From a virus, in IMG/VR virus record IMGVR_UViG_3300009431_000015, positions 3,779-67,778 of that record: a stretch of 64,000 nucleotides of DNA. One strand, given 5' to 3'. The notes beneath the pieces are model-generated. The model saw only the letters and a list, made by a program, of their open reading frames with translations. It searched no databases and was not told the origin of the DNA. The position numbers and the translations under genes were made by a program. Positions 62,068 through 64,000 of the stretch are shown piece after piece; position 1 is the stretch's first letter, and the number at the start of each line of letters is the position of its first letter.

Positions 62068-63512
62068 TGTTTACCCCTACATCAAATATAAATCTAGAAG
62101 ATCTTTGGGGATCTCTTGGAACTGTATATAATGATCTTGATGACGATTCCAAAGCAGTCATAGAGGCGTTTTGGGAAGCGATGTTTAATGGCGTGGCAGG
62201 AATGTATTATGATCTTTATCAAAATTACCTTGCTAAATTCTTCGAGTTTAATCAAGGCTATCTAGAACATTCCTATCAAGATTTAGATATAATATTTACT
62301 GGGGATGACAAAAACGTTGATGACATTCTGTTTTCTCCTCCATCCGGGCTTGCGCTGTCTAATACACCAGTTGCAGACGGCAGTATGTATGCTTACAAGA
62401 TAACATCAGTTGATAGTAACTCCGGTGAGACACTCGCGTCAACACCTGTTGTGTTAATCAGTGGCGCTGCTAACTTAACTTCAAATCCAAATGTTTTAAC
62501 TTGGACAGCTACAAGCGGAGTTGCTAGTTATAACGTATATGGGAGAGACTTGAACCAGTTCTTGTACATAGGGAATACTACATCTACTACATTTTCTGAC
62601 AATGGAAGTGTAACTCCGGTGGGTGGAGTTCCGACTGAAGCTACTGCTATTCAAGGATATATTTACCCATTTACTGATGGGTTATTTTATTTATCTATGC
62701 CGACTTTAAGTGGTTATTCAACTGACCAGGTTTTAACAGAAGGTACTGATTATGAAATTGAAGCTTTGACTAAGTTAAAATTTTTGAAGGGACTCGGAAC
62801 TGGTGCCAACAACATTCAATACAAAACAGTTGATACTACTTTACAAAAAGGCGAAAAATTTTTAAATAGACAAAGTATCTGTTTACTACCTACTTTAGGT
62901 AGCATTTATTTTCCTGGGTTTGGGGTTGATTACCCTGATGAAATTATATCTGCTGGTGCGTATTCACCTTTTATATCTGGGTGGAATGATATGACCTATT
63001 TCAACCAAAGGCTTTATTATGGTCAACATTTGTCTAATCTGATGTATGCATTATCAGTGGTTACTAGGAGAGAACCGACTATAAATAATGTAAAACATGG
63101 TTTGGAGTTAATACTTGGGTTCCCTTTTAGTTATAAACCAGGAACAGTGGCTAGTATAGAGGAAGATGCAGTTTATAAATATGTGACAATCACAACGTCT
63201 GGTTTAACAGAGACTGTTACATATGAAGTCCCAGTAGCTACTCACTTAGCAGTGGCCTCAGGCGATACTGTAAGTCAATTCGAAACTTTAATTTCCGGAG
63301 CGTTTGTTGATGACTATATAACAGATTTTGCTACGGTGTCCGGAGTAAGTTTGCAATGTGGAGAAGTAAAGGAATTTGACGTATTCACACAGACATATTC
63401 AGGGAGTAAACACGGGTTTCGTGTTATCGATAATCTCATAGATGATATTACAAAAGTAAAACAATCTGATTCATATACAGTGAATTTTAATGAATTAAGT
63501 TCTACAGGGTAA
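62067..63512 (+). CDS. Baseplate wedge protein with Fn3-like domain
   Basis: YAYKITSVDSNSGET...LTWTATSGVASYNVYGR; PTINNVKHGLELILGFP. Confidence 0.6.
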   Translation: MFTPTSNINLEDLWGSLGTVYNDLDDDSKAVIEAFWEAMFNGVAGMYYDLYQNYLAKFFEFNQGYLEHSYQDLDIIFTGDDKNVDDILFSPPSGLALSNTPVADGSMYAYKITSVDSNSGETLASTPVVLISGAANLTSNPNVLTWTATSGVASYNVYGRDLNQFLYIGNTTSTTFSDNGSVTPVGGVPTEATAIQGYIYPFTDGLFYLSMPTLSGYSTDQVLTEGTDYEIEALTKLKFLKGLGTGANNIQYKTVDTTLQKGEKFLNRQSICLLPTLGSIYFPGFGVDYPDEIISAGAYSPFISGWNDMTYFNQRLYYGQHLSNLMYALSVVTRREPTINNVKHGLELILGFPFSYKPGTVASIEEDAVYKYVTITTSGLTETVTYEVPVATHLAVASGDTVSQFETLISGAFVDDYITDFATVSGVSLQCGEVKEFDVFTQTYSGSKHGFRVIDNLIDDITKVKQSDSYTVNFNELSSTG

Positions 63513-63515
63513 CAT

Positions 63516-64000
63516 ATGGAAAAACTATATTTAAAAGCCGGAGAAGCCTATACTTTTAACATAGAAAATAGATTCTTCGCTGAACATATTCCGATAATAA
63601 CAACTTCGGCTGTTGGAGGAACCTATGCTGGTGAGGTTTCTATAGGAGTTGTTAATACCTGGCAAACTGAGTCTGGTAGAGAATGGACCGGGTCAGTAAG
63701 TTATGAGGACACCGGTGAGGATCTGAAAGTTTATACAAATGATGCAAGCGTGATGCCTAAAACAGAACTGCAGAAGTTAAAGATTGTATTTACTCCACCC
63801 GCTGTTAGCACTTACTATTTACAGTGTGCAAAATACAGTGCACATGTTGGTAAGGAACTTGATGTAAATACTGATTACGGCGATTACATTAATCCGCAAG
63901 AAGTTTATTATACATGTTTATTAAGACAAAGTAACAGAACATATTCTTTCACAAGAAACTCTGATATGTTCGACAAATTTCTTAATTTTTCCATACCTGC
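63516..64000 (+). CDS. Hypothetical baseplate/tail protein (partial, runs off window)
   Basis: MEKLYLKAGEAYTFNIENRF... open to the end of the window. Confidence 0.6.
   Translation, partial: MEKLYLKAGEAYTFNIENRFFAEHIPIITTSAVGGTYAGEVSIGVVNTWQTESGREWTGSVSYEDTGEDLKVYTNDASVMPKTELQKLKIVFTPPAVSTYYLQCAKYSAHVGKELDVNTDYGDYINPQEVYYTCLLRQSNRTYSFTRNSDMFDKFLNFSIP

Noticed and set aside
24657-63512. Extracellular contractile injection system or tailocin
   Set aside because: Terminase, protease, capsid and replication genes are present, indicating a complete phage
1-64000. Stop-codon reassignment as seen in some large phages
   Set aside because: Genes tile densely under the standard code, and TAG, TGA and TAA all end genes at sensible boundaries; the two broken genes are explained by introns

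Overview
This 64 kb window is an AT-rich, gene-dense segment of a large contractile-tailed (myovirus-like, probably jumbo) phage genome read with the standard genetic code. The + strand from 1 to 27 kb carries a DNA ligase end, two multidomain cargo-like proteins, ribosomal protein bS21, an intein-containing terminase, an intein-containing prohead protease, scaffolds, major capsid, neck, sheath and tube. A ~20 kb minus-strand block (27.1-47.4 kb) interrupts the tail module. It encodes a group I intron-split SF2 helicase, a CCA enzyme, a Sak4/SSB/exonuclease module, a glycosyltransferase, RecU, a sigma factor, a group I intron-split PolA and a compact ubiquitin-like cassette (773-aa protein, Ubl-GG, JAB, E1). 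The + strand from 47.5 kb holds a frameshifted tail chaperone, tape measure, a second sigma factor and baseplate genes. The two most interesting signals are (1) the phage-encoded Ubl/JAB/E1 cassette with no recognisable E2 and (2) a recurrent K-x-A motif in head proteins that also falls at domain junctions of polyprotein-like enzyme genes. All calls come from reading motifs by eye; no database searches were run.
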